From the NCBI GenBank assembly GCA_003142595.1, contig PLMU01000009.1:8195-72194 (forward strand): a DNA stretch of 64,000 nt, written 5' to 3'. Under the pieces are notes generated by a model. It did not search any database. It was not told the origin of the DNA and worked only from the letters and a program-made list of their open reading frames with translations. The position numbers and the translations under genes are program-made. This stretch comes from Phycisphaerales bacterium. Lineage in GTDB: Bacteria; Planctomycetota; Phycisphaerae; Sedimentisphaerales; UBA12454. How positions within the stretch are numbered: the first letter of the stretch is position 1; every line of letters starts with the position of its first letter. This document shows, piece after piece, positions 30,325 to 39,546 of this stretch.

Positions 30325-30446
30325 AACCTTCTCTTGAATTTAAAAAAAATGGGATTATTCTTCCTGCCTTTTAATTCTCCGTCGTCCATTACAGAACAAG
30401 AAGATATTATATCTTCTTTTAATGCAAAATCAAGCAAAATATACGG

Positions 30447-31310
30447 TTATTTCTTAGTAAAATCGCCGAATTCCGACTTAAATCTGCTGACAAAATAGGC
30501 GAGCGGGTTTTTAATGCCGGGCTTGCTCTTTGCTTCTTTAGCCAAATCGGATGCCTTGGCAAAAAGCTCATCTGTCATCGGGCTGTGCTTTTCATACAGG
30601 TGCTTTATCATTTCATAAAATGTCGTAGTATCGCTGTTGATGTTTTTGCTGTGCGGAAAATACCTCTGCATGACAAGCGACCATTCATATTTTGCCCTGT
30701 TCCAGTCCCAGAGCGGCCGAGCCGAATCCGAACTGGAAGAAGAATTTTTTAACGACTTCTGCGAAGAATCCTTTGCTTTCAAAAGAATATCGCTCAGACA
30801 ATTGCCCAGATTTCCTGATGCCTGTTTTTTAGGCTCCTGCTGTTGAGTTTCGTTCTGTTCTGTTTGGTTCTCTTCGGTTTCGTTATATAACAATTTGACA
30901 TCACTGTCATCGTTTGTCTGGAAGTCAGACAGTTTCAGCCAGTTTATTCTTTCATCAGTAAGAATCGCCAGCGCCTTTTCAATAATCTGGTTTTCACAGC
31001 CAAACTCAAACGCCAAATCTTCTGCCGACAAAGGCTTTTGCTGTTCATCGAGCAGCCAGCCGCGGAAAGCTCTGTCCCTGTTTGCGGCAATTTCCAGAAA
31101 CATACAGAAAAAGCCCAGAACCGCCGGTGCGTCTTTGCCCGCCGCTCTCAGCAGCTTGCGGTAAGCCATGCCGTTGCTTTCGCTGAAAATTTTCAGCCTT
31201 ACAAAGGGGAGAGAACTTTTGCGGTATCTCTTTGTCTGTTCATTGGCCGGCTTGCCCTCAGGCCCTACCTCATATTTACTGTCCCAGTCAGTTATTCTGT
31301 ATGCATTCAT
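30447..31310 (-). CDS. Phage replication initiator/replisome-organiser-like protein
   Basis: N-terminal winged-helix-like (PLSAEDLAFEFG...IIEKALAIL), low-complexity linker, C-terminal IKNPLAYF. Confidence 0.5.
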   Translation of the reverse strand: MNAYRITDWDSKYEVGPEGKPANEQTKRYRKSSLPFVRLKIFSESNGMAYRKLLRAAGKDAPAVLGFFCMFLEIAANRDRAFRGWLLDEQQKPLSAEDLAFEFGCENQIIEKALAILTDERINWLKLSDFQTNDDSDVKLLYNETEENQTEQNETQQQEPKKQASGNLGNCLSDILLKAKDSSQKSLKNSSSSSDSARPLWDWNRAKYEWSLVMQRYFPHSKNINSDTTTFYEMIKHLYEKHSPMTDELFAKASDLAKEAKSKPGIKNPLAYFVSRFKSEFGDFTKK

Positions 31311-31941
31311 TTTTCAGTCCCTTGATATATGATTTTGATATTTTTGTTATTGCCGCGGCAAGTTTTTCAGATTTGGTTTGAGAAGATTTATTTTCAATCG
31401 CTTTTTCTAATGCCGACTCGACTGTTTTAATCTGTTCATCGGTAAGGAAGAAAATCAATGTATTCAAAAACGCTTTTGCATTGTCCGCAAACTGCGGCAG
31501 CGATTTTGTAATGTCTTTTAATCTCTCTATCGCCTGCTTGGTATCAGGCAGTAATTTACAAAGCTCCGGAACGCTGAATTTTTCTGAAAGATTCTTGTAA
31601 AGAGACGCTTTGGAAGCCAGTTCATCTTTGCCGCCAAGTCTGTTGAGCGTCGCAAGAAGCAATCTTGCCGCATCGTCGTCAACATCCCACTGGACGCAGT
31701 TAGCAAATGTTTCGCCGATTTGTTTAAGAGCCGCTGCGCGATGATGGCCGTTGATGATTTGAAAATGATTTTCTCCCGCCAAATCGGGATCAGGATGTTT
31801 TCTGACAATCAGCGGCTCATAGTTGTGCGATTGTTTGATATGGCGTTTGAGTTTTTCAAAGTTAGCCTTTGCCATCCTGTTCGGATTTTCAGGATGCGGC
31901 AAAAGCTTGTCTAATGGGATACGAATGATTGTATTTTGCAT
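31288..31941 (-). CDS. ParB/Srx N-terminal domain protein
   Basis: IPLDKLLPHPENPN, EPLIVR, QIINGHHR, LNRLGG. Confidence 0.85.
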   Translation of the reverse strand: MQNTIIRIPLDKLLPHPENPNRMAKANFEKLKRHIKQSHNYEPLIVRKHPDPDLAGENHFQIINGHHRAAALKQIGETFANCVQWDVDDDAARLLLATLNRLGGKDELASKASLYKNLSEKFSVPELCKLLPDTKQAIERLKDITKSLPQFADNAKAFLNTLIFFLTDEQIKTVESALEKAIENKSSQTKSEKLAAAITKISKSYIKGLKNECIQNN

Positions 31942-32002
31942 AGAGGATTTTCCTTATAGAAAAAAGTTTGATTTATGTTCTACTAAGAGATAGATTGAAT
32001 TT

Positions 32003-33412
32003 ATGGAAACGGATAAATTGAGTAAGAAAGCAAAACCTTTCATTTTGTTCACTCTGCTGGTTTCGTTACTGAATCTTGTCGGCGGATGCGCATCTCTGCC
32101 AAATGTTTCTAAAATGATTATCGAGAAGCAGGACGCGAACAAACCGCATCAAATCATTTCGGCACAGGGGCCGCTATCTGACAGTGAAAGCCAGGCCATT
32201 ATTGAACAGTTAAAAAGAACTGTTCCTCCTACCGATATTCTGACTGACTATTTGGCGGTTATGGATACATGGGGCATAACACCTCTGACAAGCGGCAACA
32301 AGGTCACGCTCCTGGCCAATGATACTGCTTCTTACGCCGCGATGTTCAAAGCGATACAGAACGCTAAAGACCATATTAATATTGAAACCTTTTTCATTGA
32401 AGATGACGAGATCGGCCACAAATTTTCGCAGCTCCTGCAGCAGAAACAGCTGCAAGGTGTCCAGGTTAATATTATCTATGACAGCTTTGGCAGCAGCAAA
32501 ACTCCCGTTTCCTTTTTCAAACACCTGCAGGACGCCGGGATTAACTTAGTAGAATTTCATTCGACAAGTCCGCCCGGGACTTCGGGGCCATGGCTGCAAT
32601 TGCGTTTCGATCACCGCAAGATTCTGATTGTCGATGGTACTCTGGCAATCACTGGAGGTGCCAATGTAAGTCGGGGTTGCTCGCTGAAGGGTTTTGGAGC
32701 GAAAAATGGCAAGAAACCAGCAGTAACCTGGCGTGATACCGACGTTCAAATTGAAGGTCCTGCTGTTGGGCAGCTTCAAAAGCACTTTCTCGACACCTGG
32801 CAGCAGCGAGGCGGACAAAAACTCGCCAAACGGAGCTATCTCCCACAGCTGAAAGAAGAAGGAAACGTTCTTGTTCGAATAGTCGCCAACTCTCCCGGAG
32901 AGCATAAAAGACAGACCTTTGTTATGTATGTCTCGGCCATCACCTTTGCCCGGCATTCCGTGCATCTGACTACCGCATATTTCGTCCCCGACAAGCAGAT
33001 AACCAAAGCCTTGACAGATGCAGCCAAACGCGGCGTCGACGTAAAACTAATTCTCCCCGCGCTCAGCGATTCCCCGATGTCCGTAGAAGCCGGACGGTCT
33101 TATTATTCCGGGCTTTTGAAGGCAGGCGTGAAAATATACGAATACCGCAAAGCCATTCTGCATGCCAAGACCGCCGTAATTGACGGCATCTGGTCAACGG
33201 TCGGCTCAACCAATATGGATTATTGGAGTTTTTTAAGTAATGATGAGATCAACGCCGTTGTTCTGGATGGCCAATTCGCGGCTGAAATGGAATCGCTGTT
33301 CGAAAAGGACATCGGGCAATCCGATCAGATTAAATTGAAGGACTGGAAAAAACGCCCATTCTTCTCCCGCCTCGGCGAGTCATTCGCACGCCTATTCGTC
33401 TATTGGCTGTAA
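32003..33412 (+). CDS. cls: Cardiolipin synthase (PLD family)
   Basis: Two HKD motifs: DHRKILIVD and LHAKTAVID. Confidence 0.9.
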   Translation: METDKLSKKAKPFILFTLLVSLLNLVGGCASLPNVSKMIIEKQDANKPHQIISAQGPLSDSESQAIIEQLKRTVPPTDILTDYLAVMDTWGITPLTSGNKVTLLANDTASYAAMFKAIQNAKDHINIETFFIEDDEIGHKFSQLLQQKQLQGVQVNIIYDSFGSSKTPVSFFKHLQDAGINLVEFHSTSPPGTSGPWLQLRFDHRKILIVDGTLAITGGANVSRGCSLKGFGAKNGKKPAVTWRDTDVQIEGPAVGQLQKHFLDTWQQRGGQKLAKRSYLPQLKEEGNVLVRIVANSPGEHKRQTFVMYVSAITFARHSVHLTTAYFVPDKQITKALTDAAKRGVDVKLILPALSDSPMSVEAGRSYYSGLLKAGVKIYEYRKAILHAKTAVIDGIWSTVGSTNMDYWSFLSNDEINAVVLDGQFAAEMESLFEKDIGQSDQIKLKDWKKRPFFSRLGESFARLFVYWL

Positions 33413-33496
33413 ACATTATTTGCCTCTTTTTTGTTTTTTCTCGATTTGCAGCAGAAAAGGTCTATAATAGCAAACCTCTTTTTGAAAAGGTGGACA

Positions 33497-34276
33497 ATGA
33501 TTTCAATTATAATTGGTTTGATAACTTTTGCCTGTGTCTTCGGCGGGGCGATGCTTGGTATGTGGCTTCGCGGTGTTTTGCCTGACCATCATCTGCGTGA
33601 TGATTCGAAGGATGCTATGAAGGCCGGGATTGCAATAGTTGCCACGCTGTCTGCCCTTGTCCTTGGTCTGCTGATTAGCTCGGCAAAGGATTCATTGGAC
33701 TCGATGAATGCCGCCTTTACGCAAAACGGCGCCAGGATAATTATGCTTGACCGCGTCCTTTGCTTCTACGGGCCCGAAACGCAGGAAATCCGCCGGCAAT
33801 TGAAGGACACCGTGCAAACAATGGTCGACAGGATGTGGCACAGGGACAAAATTAAAAAAAATAATGATATTAATAATGCAAAAACGCAAACCGCAAAGAG
33901 GACCGATGGAATGGAGCTTATTGTAGATGACCTGCGGAAACTGACTCCACAAAACGATTCTCAGCGGCTGCTTCAAGCCCAGGCTTTGCAGATAGGCAAC
34001 GACCTGCTGCAATCGCGCTGGATGGTAATAGAGCAGGCGCAGATTACGCTGCCTACGGTATTTCTTGTGATACTTATATTCTGGCTTACAATTCTTTTCA
34101 TCAGCAGCGGCCTGTTCTCTCCATATAATTCAACGGTTATCATAGTTTTGCTTATATGCGCGATGTCGGTATCCTCGGCAATTTATTTGGTTGAGGATAT
34201 GAGCCGTCCATTCCAGGGGATGATGAAAGTTTCCAGCGCTCCGCTTGAAAAAGCACTCGAACGTCTCGGCAAATAA
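33497..34276 (+). CDS. DUF4239/bestrophin-like membrane protein
   Basis: ATLSALVLGLLISSAK, LDRVL..YGPE, DMSRPFQG. Confidence 0.75.
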   Translation: MISIIIGLITFACVFGGAMLGMWLRGVLPDHHLRDDSKDAMKAGIAIVATLSALVLGLLISSAKDSLDSMNAAFTQNGARIIMLDRVLCFYGPETQEIRRQLKDTVQTMVDRMWHRDKIKKNNDINNAKTQTAKRTDGMELIVDDLRKLTPQNDSQRLLQAQALQIGNDLLQSRWMVIEQAQITLPTVFLVILIFWLTILFISSGLFSPYNSTVIIVLLICAMSVSSAIYLVEDMSRPFQGMMKVSSAPLEKALERLGK

Positions 34277-34281
34277 AAGAT

Positions 34282-34310
34282 AAAAGGCCGGCCTAAAACC
34301 GGCCTTTTTT
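34282..34310. terminator. Bidirectional rho-independent terminator
   Basis: aaaaggccgg-cctaaaa-ccggcctttttt between convergent genes. Confidence 0.8.
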
Positions 34311-34357
34311 ATTTATTTTTTCTCATATGAACTTGTAAAATAACTGAAATACTTTTC

Positions 34358-35098
34358 TTAAATCTTTAATTTCACATCAGCGTTTCGCCAAAGATAATAA
34401 ACAGGTCTGTCTGAAAGTCTGCTGATGAATAATTCCGTTCTTTTTGAACAATCCGGCAGATTTCTCGCCCCTCTGCCGTAGGCGGTAAGAAAATCGGTAA
34501 TCTGTTTATCAATAAAACTCTTTGCCTTTCCGCCAAGGCTTTGCAGTTTATTGTGCGTTGCTTCAATATCGACAAGATCGCTGGTTTCAATGCCGACGGC
34601 GCTGAGAGCCTGTCGCAGTTTTACGCTTCTTGTCGGCTCAGTTCCTTCAAACTTCATCATTCCCGCTTTTTCAAAAAAAGGATTTACCTTTCCCATCACG
34701 GCCAGAGCCTCGATATAAGGCATATTCAAAAGCGGCATTGTCTTTTCGACCAATTCATACGCAAGGCCCAAAGCTCTGTATCGCGGCTCAATTACAACCC
34801 TTGCTATTGTGCGTATGTTTTGATTGATTAGCTGCATATTTACAGAGCTTGAGCCAAGCTGGGTGAATAATCCTTTTGTCGCGATATTGCGGAGCTGAAC
34901 CGCACAGGCAGGCATTGAATAAATTATTATCCCGACGATTGGTTCAATTTGTTCTCGCATTGGGTGGGTGTCGATGATTTTATAAACAGCCGATACAGGA
35001 CCGGTCTTGCCGTCGCGGTAGTGGAATCTGCTCAACGGTTTGTAGTCAGCGATAGTTCCGGGAACGATTTTCAGATATTTTTTTATTGTGCATTGCAT
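34358..35098 (-). CDS. GNAT-fold acetyltransferase-like protein (partner of the ABC ATPase)
   Basis: FHYR, IARVVIEPRYRALGLAYELV (acyl-CoA motif A), PFFEKAGM. Confidence 0.65.
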   Translation of the reverse strand: MQCTIKKYLKIVPGTIADYKPLSRFHYRDGKTGPVSAVYKIIDTHPMREQIEPIVGIIIYSMPACAVQLRNIATKGLFTQLGSSSVNMQLINQNIRTIARVVIEPRYRALGLAYELVEKTMPLLNMPYIEALAVMGKVNPFFEKAGMMKFEGTEPTRSVKLRQALSAVGIETSDLVDIEATHNKLQSLGGKAKSFIDKQITDFLTAYGRGARNLPDCSKRTELFISRLSDRPVYYLWRNADVKLKI

Positions 35099-35102
35099 AA
35101 AA

Positions 35103-35752
35103 TTACCTTTGATTTTTATAAACAACTTCAGCGTCGCCCGCTAAATGTTTAATGACAATCACTTCCGGCAGCAAATCAGCCAGTAAATCATCGTGTGAGC
35201 TTGCAAGGATAAAGATTTTGCCTGTCTTTGTTGCGAATTTTCGCAGGTTATGACTGATTACGGCAGCGGTTACCCTGTCTAATTGGCTGCAGAACTCATC
35301 TGCGAAGATGAATTGTTTGTCGTCTGCCAGTGCTTTTGCGATTCGGTAGCGGTATTTCTGTCCTTCGCTCAGATTTGCCGGTGAATTAAGAACGCAAAAG
35401 ACATCTGTCAGGCCCGCATTGCTTAAATTCCTGAGAGTATCAAGAAATCCGCCCGGCACACAGTCAACGCAGGATTTATCGCTCGGCAGGGGGGGATGTC
35501 GTCGATGTTAATTTTATTATCGCAGGCAAATGAATTGAAAAATTCTCTAAGCAGAACGCTTTTGCCGCTGCCTGACGGGCCGGTGATGTAGGCAATTTCG
35601 CCGGTGGATATTTTAATCTCACATTTGTGTGTGACAGTATTATTTTTCAGTCTCTGGACTGTTATGCCGAACGCCCGCATAACATCGGAGATTTTTTCGG
35701 TTACAGGCAGAACCCAGTCGAATTTTTTATTTGCGGATAATGTAGTAGTCAT
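35103..35752 (-). pseudogene. Soluble ABC-type ATPase, frameshifted at a C7 tract (35489-35495)
   Basis: Upstream part has GPSGSGKS; downstream part has LSEGQKYR, IFADEF, SSHDD. Restoring the frame gives DIPLPSDKSCVDCVPGG. Confidence 0.8.
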
Positions 35753-36132
35753 AAATTCCTCATCTGATTTATTATTTTTCTCACTTTGTATCGCGACAGG
35801 TTTTTGTTTCTTGAGATATCTGTAATTGTCAGACCGTTTACAAAATGGTCTCTGGTTATTTCCATCTCTTTGGTTGACAGGTCATTTGTCTCTATCAGGG
35901 CGGTAATGAAGTCATCGCGGCTGATTAGCCTGGCGATTTTTTTCAGTCTTCTTGCCATTGTTGCATCACTGACGGCTGCTGATTTTGCCATCGTTCTGAA
36001 TTTCTGGCTGTCCATAAAGAGCCGGACCAAAGCCTTTTCCCTCTCAGCCAAAAGGTCTATTCTTCCTGCCGATTTCTCAAAAAGGTTCAAAAGCTCGTTT
36101 TTAGTAATTTTTTGTTGTTTCTTATGGTTCAT
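35749..36132 (-). CDS. Small protein with two HTH/sigma region 4-like segments
   Basis: FRTMAKSAAVSDATMARRLKKI and GLTITDISRNKNLSRYKVRKII; overlaps the ATPase start. Confidence 0.65.
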   Translation of the reverse strand: MNHKKQQKITKNELLNLFEKSAGRIDLLAEREKALVRLFMDSQKFRTMAKSAAVSDATMARRLKKIARLISRDDFITALIETNDLSTKEMEITRDHFVNGLTITDISRNKNLSRYKVRKIINQMRNL

Positions 36133-36394
36133 AATGAAATCCGCAAAAATAGGCGGTATTATATGACTTTAAGTTATATATACATCTAACTTATGCGTAT
36201 TTTAACAAAAAATACTTAAAAAGCAAGGAAAAAGTTCATAAAAATTGCAAATATTTCAATAAGTTCACTAAATACTTAACAAGAATAGACTTAAAAAGTA
36301 GGATTTATAAAGAATTTGCTTTTCACTCGGAATTTTGGTATTTTTATTGGGTTAATAAGAGCAGGCAAGTATCCAGCCTGTTCGGGACAAAGAT

Positions 36395-37375
36395 ATGGGA
36401 CAGTCAATACGACTTATTGTGAAACGGGGCGACCAAACTGTCAATAGATACAAGTTTGACAACACTCCTATTTATATCGGCCGAAAAGCAGACCTTCAGG
36501 TAGTCCTGCCGGATATGGCGGTATCGCGTGAGCATACCATGATTGATTTCAAGGAAGGCAAATGGACAGTCGAGGATTTGGAATCTGCCAACAAGACATA
36601 CTTGAACAGCGAGATAATCCGTAAAGCGCCGCTCAAAAGCGGAGATGTTATTAAGATAACAGGTTTTTCCATTGGAATAGATTTTGTTGAGTCTGCGGAT
36701 GCTTCCGATAAAGAACAAACGGGCTCAACGAGCGATGATACTGTATCTTTAGATGATACGCAGACAGCAGCGGCAGCCCAGACAGACGACACAGAAGAGA
36801 CAGAAAAGAAAGAGGTGACGGCAGGGGCTGAGGCGGCATCATTGTCAACGCCTCGCGATGAGGTAATCGTCAGAAAACCTGACGCAGCGCACGCACCGGC
36901 GATGAGACTGGCGGCAAGAAGATTAAGTGATTTTGCTCAGGCAGTCGAGATGCTGGGCGATACTAAAAATCTTGATGAGATGGTAAAGGTTTTGCTTGAT
37001 GTTTCTTTGAAGCAGTTTACCGCTTTTCGCATATGGTGCGGCTTGAGAAGCCAGAAGGCCGGCCCAATAACATATCAGGCAGGCAAAAGACGCGACGGCA
37101 AGCCTGTGCAGCTGAGCGAAATAAAAATGAGTCCAAAGATTATTGAAACATTTGAACGGGGTCAGTCTATCGTTCTGCCTCAAGTCTCAGCCAAGCTCGA
37201 ACAGACAGAAAGAATACGCTCAGCGATGATAGCGAGCATCAAGACGCCGAAAGGCTGTTTCGGCGTAATATATGTGGACAACTCTATGGTGCATAACCAT
37301 TTCAGCCTAAGCGATTTGGATTACCTGATGGTTCTGGCGATGCATACCGCCGCGGTTCTAAAGAGCCATCTGTAA
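36395..37375 (+). CDS. FHA + GAF domain protein
   Basis: IGR, VSREH, DLESANKTYLN; IRSAMIASI...GVIYVDN. Confidence 0.85.
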   Translation: MGQSIRLIVKRGDQTVNRYKFDNTPIYIGRKADLQVVLPDMAVSREHTMIDFKEGKWTVEDLESANKTYLNSEIIRKAPLKSGDVIKITGFSIGIDFVESADASDKEQTGSTSDDTVSLDDTQTAAAAQTDDTEETEKKEVTAGAEAASLSTPRDEVIVRKPDAAHAPAMRLAARRLSDFAQAVEMLGDTKNLDEMVKVLLDVSLKQFTAFRIWCGLRSQKAGPITYQAGKRRDGKPVQLSEIKMSPKIIETFERGQSIVLPQVSAKLEQTERIRSAMIASIKTPKGCFGVIYVDNSMVHNHFSLSDLDYLMVLAMHTAAVLKSHL

Positions 37376-37749
37376 TAGGGGAGATTGCGGCACATTAATT
37401 CAGGATGTTTCCTGTATTTTTTTGAATTTAGCAAACCTGAAAAAGACCCTTATTGTAACTACTGGAACAACAAATATTGCTGTGTTGTACATATTAGAAT
37501 AGAGGATTTTGAACGCTCTAATTTTAAATAGACGTTTTATTGCCGGTGCAATTCACCTGTCTTGCCTGTCTTAACAGGGCATTAAAAATATTAGCACGAT
37601 TTTAAAAATTTTATGCGCTTTTACTTAATTTTTTATGGCCGATTGACGAACTAATACGTATAGGCAGTAGTGAGTGTTTTAGAATTGTGCGTGTTTACCG
37701 AAACAGAGCTTGCCACAGCGCAGGGTATTTGTTGAAAGGAGGCACGGCC

Positions 37750-38508
37750 ATGGAAAAAGCACGGAAGCTAGCCGAGATATTAGAACGAGTAAGAAGTGGG
37801 GAAGACCCAGCCAAAATAAGACAACAAGCCCGACAGTTGTTATCCACACTAAGATTAAGCGATATCAGTAGAGCCCATAAGTATCTTGTGGGTTCTGGTG
37901 TGTCTTTTGACCAATTGCGGACGCTTGTTTATGCGTTTGCATCAATTTTAGGGGACCAGTTTGCGCTTTTGCGGTCAAACCTCGGGTCTGACCATCCTGT
38001 CCGCAGAATCCTTGCCGAGCATCAGATGTTCGAATGTTTTCTGTCGGACCTTGAAGGTGTAAATCTGATGATCCAGGAGGCGGAGGAACTGACAGAGTTG
38101 TCAAGCGAGTTTCGCAGACTTGAACATATCACAGGCCATCTGCAGGCGTTTGATGTTCACAGTCAGCGGGAAGACGACCTTGTTTTTCCGGCACTGGAAA
38201 GTTATCCCTGCAAGAGCATTTGCGCAGTTCTGCAAAAATCGCACTGGCGAATCAAAAATATGGTAAGCAACCTGACAATGGCGGTGAATAATTTCAAGCA
38301 TTTTGAGCCGGTGCAGTTCAAGATTCAGGTCAGCGCACTGTCTTCAGCTATAATTCCGATTATGCGGGAACATATGTTCCAGGAAGACAATATACTTTTT
38401 CCAATTGCGATTGATGTAATTAAGGATGAGAAAGTCTGGTGGAGAATAAAACAGCTTAGTGATGAAATGGGCTATTGCGGTTTTGATGCCCAACCATGCT
38501 GCACATAA
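37750..38508 (+). CDS. DUF438/hemerythrin domain protein
   Basis: HPVRRILAEH, HSQREDDLVFP, EHMFQEDNILFP, DEMGYC. Confidence 0.8.
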   Translation: MEKARKLAEILERVRSGEDPAKIRQQARQLLSTLRLSDISRAHKYLVGSGVSFDQLRTLVYAFASILGDQFALLRSNLGSDHPVRRILAEHQMFECFLSDLEGVNLMIQEAEELTELSSEFRRLEHITGHLQAFDVHSQREDDLVFPALESYPCKSICAVLQKSHWRIKNMVSNLTMAVNNFKHFEPVQFKIQVSALSSAIIPIMREHMFQEDNILFPIAIDVIKDEKVWWRIKQLSDEMGYCGFDAQPCCT

Positions 38509-38641
38509 ATCTCGCACCTATTTTCTATACCTGCTCTGCCTATGAAAATGGCGTGCGAAAGAAAATAGGTGCGGGATTAAATTGAACTTGCGGGGGGTTG
38601 AAGAAGAATGCTTTCTCAACCTCCGAGAAAGCGTTGCGTAT

Positions 38642-38675
38642 AAGCTCCTCTACGGGGTATAGAGGAGCTTTTTTT
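38642..38675 (+). terminator. Rho-independent terminator
   Basis: aagctcctcta-loop-tagaggagcttttttt. Confidence 0.8.
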
Positions 38676-38744
38676 AGTAAATTCAAAATTATGCGACTGC
38701 CTTTGGCGAATTATTCTTTATTAATTGCCGATAGATTGTTTCTT

Positions 38745-39185
38745 TCACGCGTTTTTCAGGGGTGTTGGTTTATCACGTTTGAGATGTTTGAGGATAAAAC
38801 CCTCTATGGCATAAAGAATGTATTGTTTTTCTTTAGCCGGGCTTTGTGCGACCCATACTGTAAAATTATAAAATTCCTGAACGTCAACGTCCATCCACTT
38901 CTTATTTTTAAGGAGAAATATCAACAGGGTGGTAATGGCAATTCTTTTGTTACCATTTTGAAAAGGATGATTTTTTATCATCAGATAGAACAGCATCGCC
39001 GCTTTTAAGGCAAATGTCTGATATAAATGTTTTTTACCAAACTTTTGAAAAGGTGCGAATAGACTACTTTCAAGTATATTAGGAAACCTTGTGGTGAAGT
39101 CTGGAATCGGCTCATCAAAACTGAAATGTTCCTGTGCCAGTCTAAAGGCGATACGCTCAACTTCTCCCACATCAAGCGGCCGCAT
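38745..39185 (-). CDS. doc: Doc/Fic-family toxin
   Basis: ILESSLFAP, KAAMLFYLMIKNHPFQNGNKRIA. Confidence 0.8.
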   Translation of the reverse strand: MRPLDVGEVERIAFRLAQEHFSFDEPIPDFTTRFPNILESSLFAPFQKFGKKHLYQTFALKAAMLFYLMIKNHPFQNGNKRIAITTLLIFLLKNKKWMDVDVQEFYNFTVWVAQSPAKEKQYILYAIEGFILKHLKRDKPTPLKNA

Positions 39186-39436
39186 TATTCACTTCCCAGC
39201 TTTTTAAGTAGTTTTCCATACTGACGGACAACTTTTTTAACAGCAAGGTCGATTTGTTTCTTTTTGCTTTCTGAAAGTTCTTTGCCCAGTATTTCGTTGG
39301 CTATTTTGTCAGTTATGACGTAATTTCTGCCGATTTTTTCAGCGGGGATTTTACCGGCCTTTACCTTTTTATAAACGGCTATTCTGCTTATGCCCAAAAG
39401 GTCGGCAAATTCAGGTATTGTTAAGTGCTTTTTCAT
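39185..39436 (-). CDS. Excisionase-like HTH protein, candidate antitoxin
   Basis: LTIPEFADLLGISRIAVYKKVKAGKIPAEKIG; C-terminal YGKLLKKLG; overlaps the doc start. Confidence 0.7.
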   Translation of the reverse strand: MKKHLTIPEFADLLGISRIAVYKKVKAGKIPAEKIGRNYVITDKIANEILGKELSESKKKQIDLAVKKVVRQYGKLLKKLGSE

Positions 39437-39461
39437 AACTTATTTGTATTAAACAGCTTAC

Positions 39462-39520
39462 TATGTTAACCACTATCTAATAGGTTAACCTATGTTAACC
39501 TATATAATAAAGGTTAACAT
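39462..39520. promoter_or_regulatory. Four GTTAAC palindromes, candidate operator
   Basis: GTTAAC at 39465, 39484, 39494, 39513, just upstream of the HTH-doc pair. Confidence 0.6.
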
Positions 39521-39546
39521 ACGAAAATTCTGTTGTCAAATAATTC

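Noticed and set aside
39185-39436. Prophage excisionase
   Set aside because: No integrase nearby; overlap with doc fits an antitoxin/regulator better.
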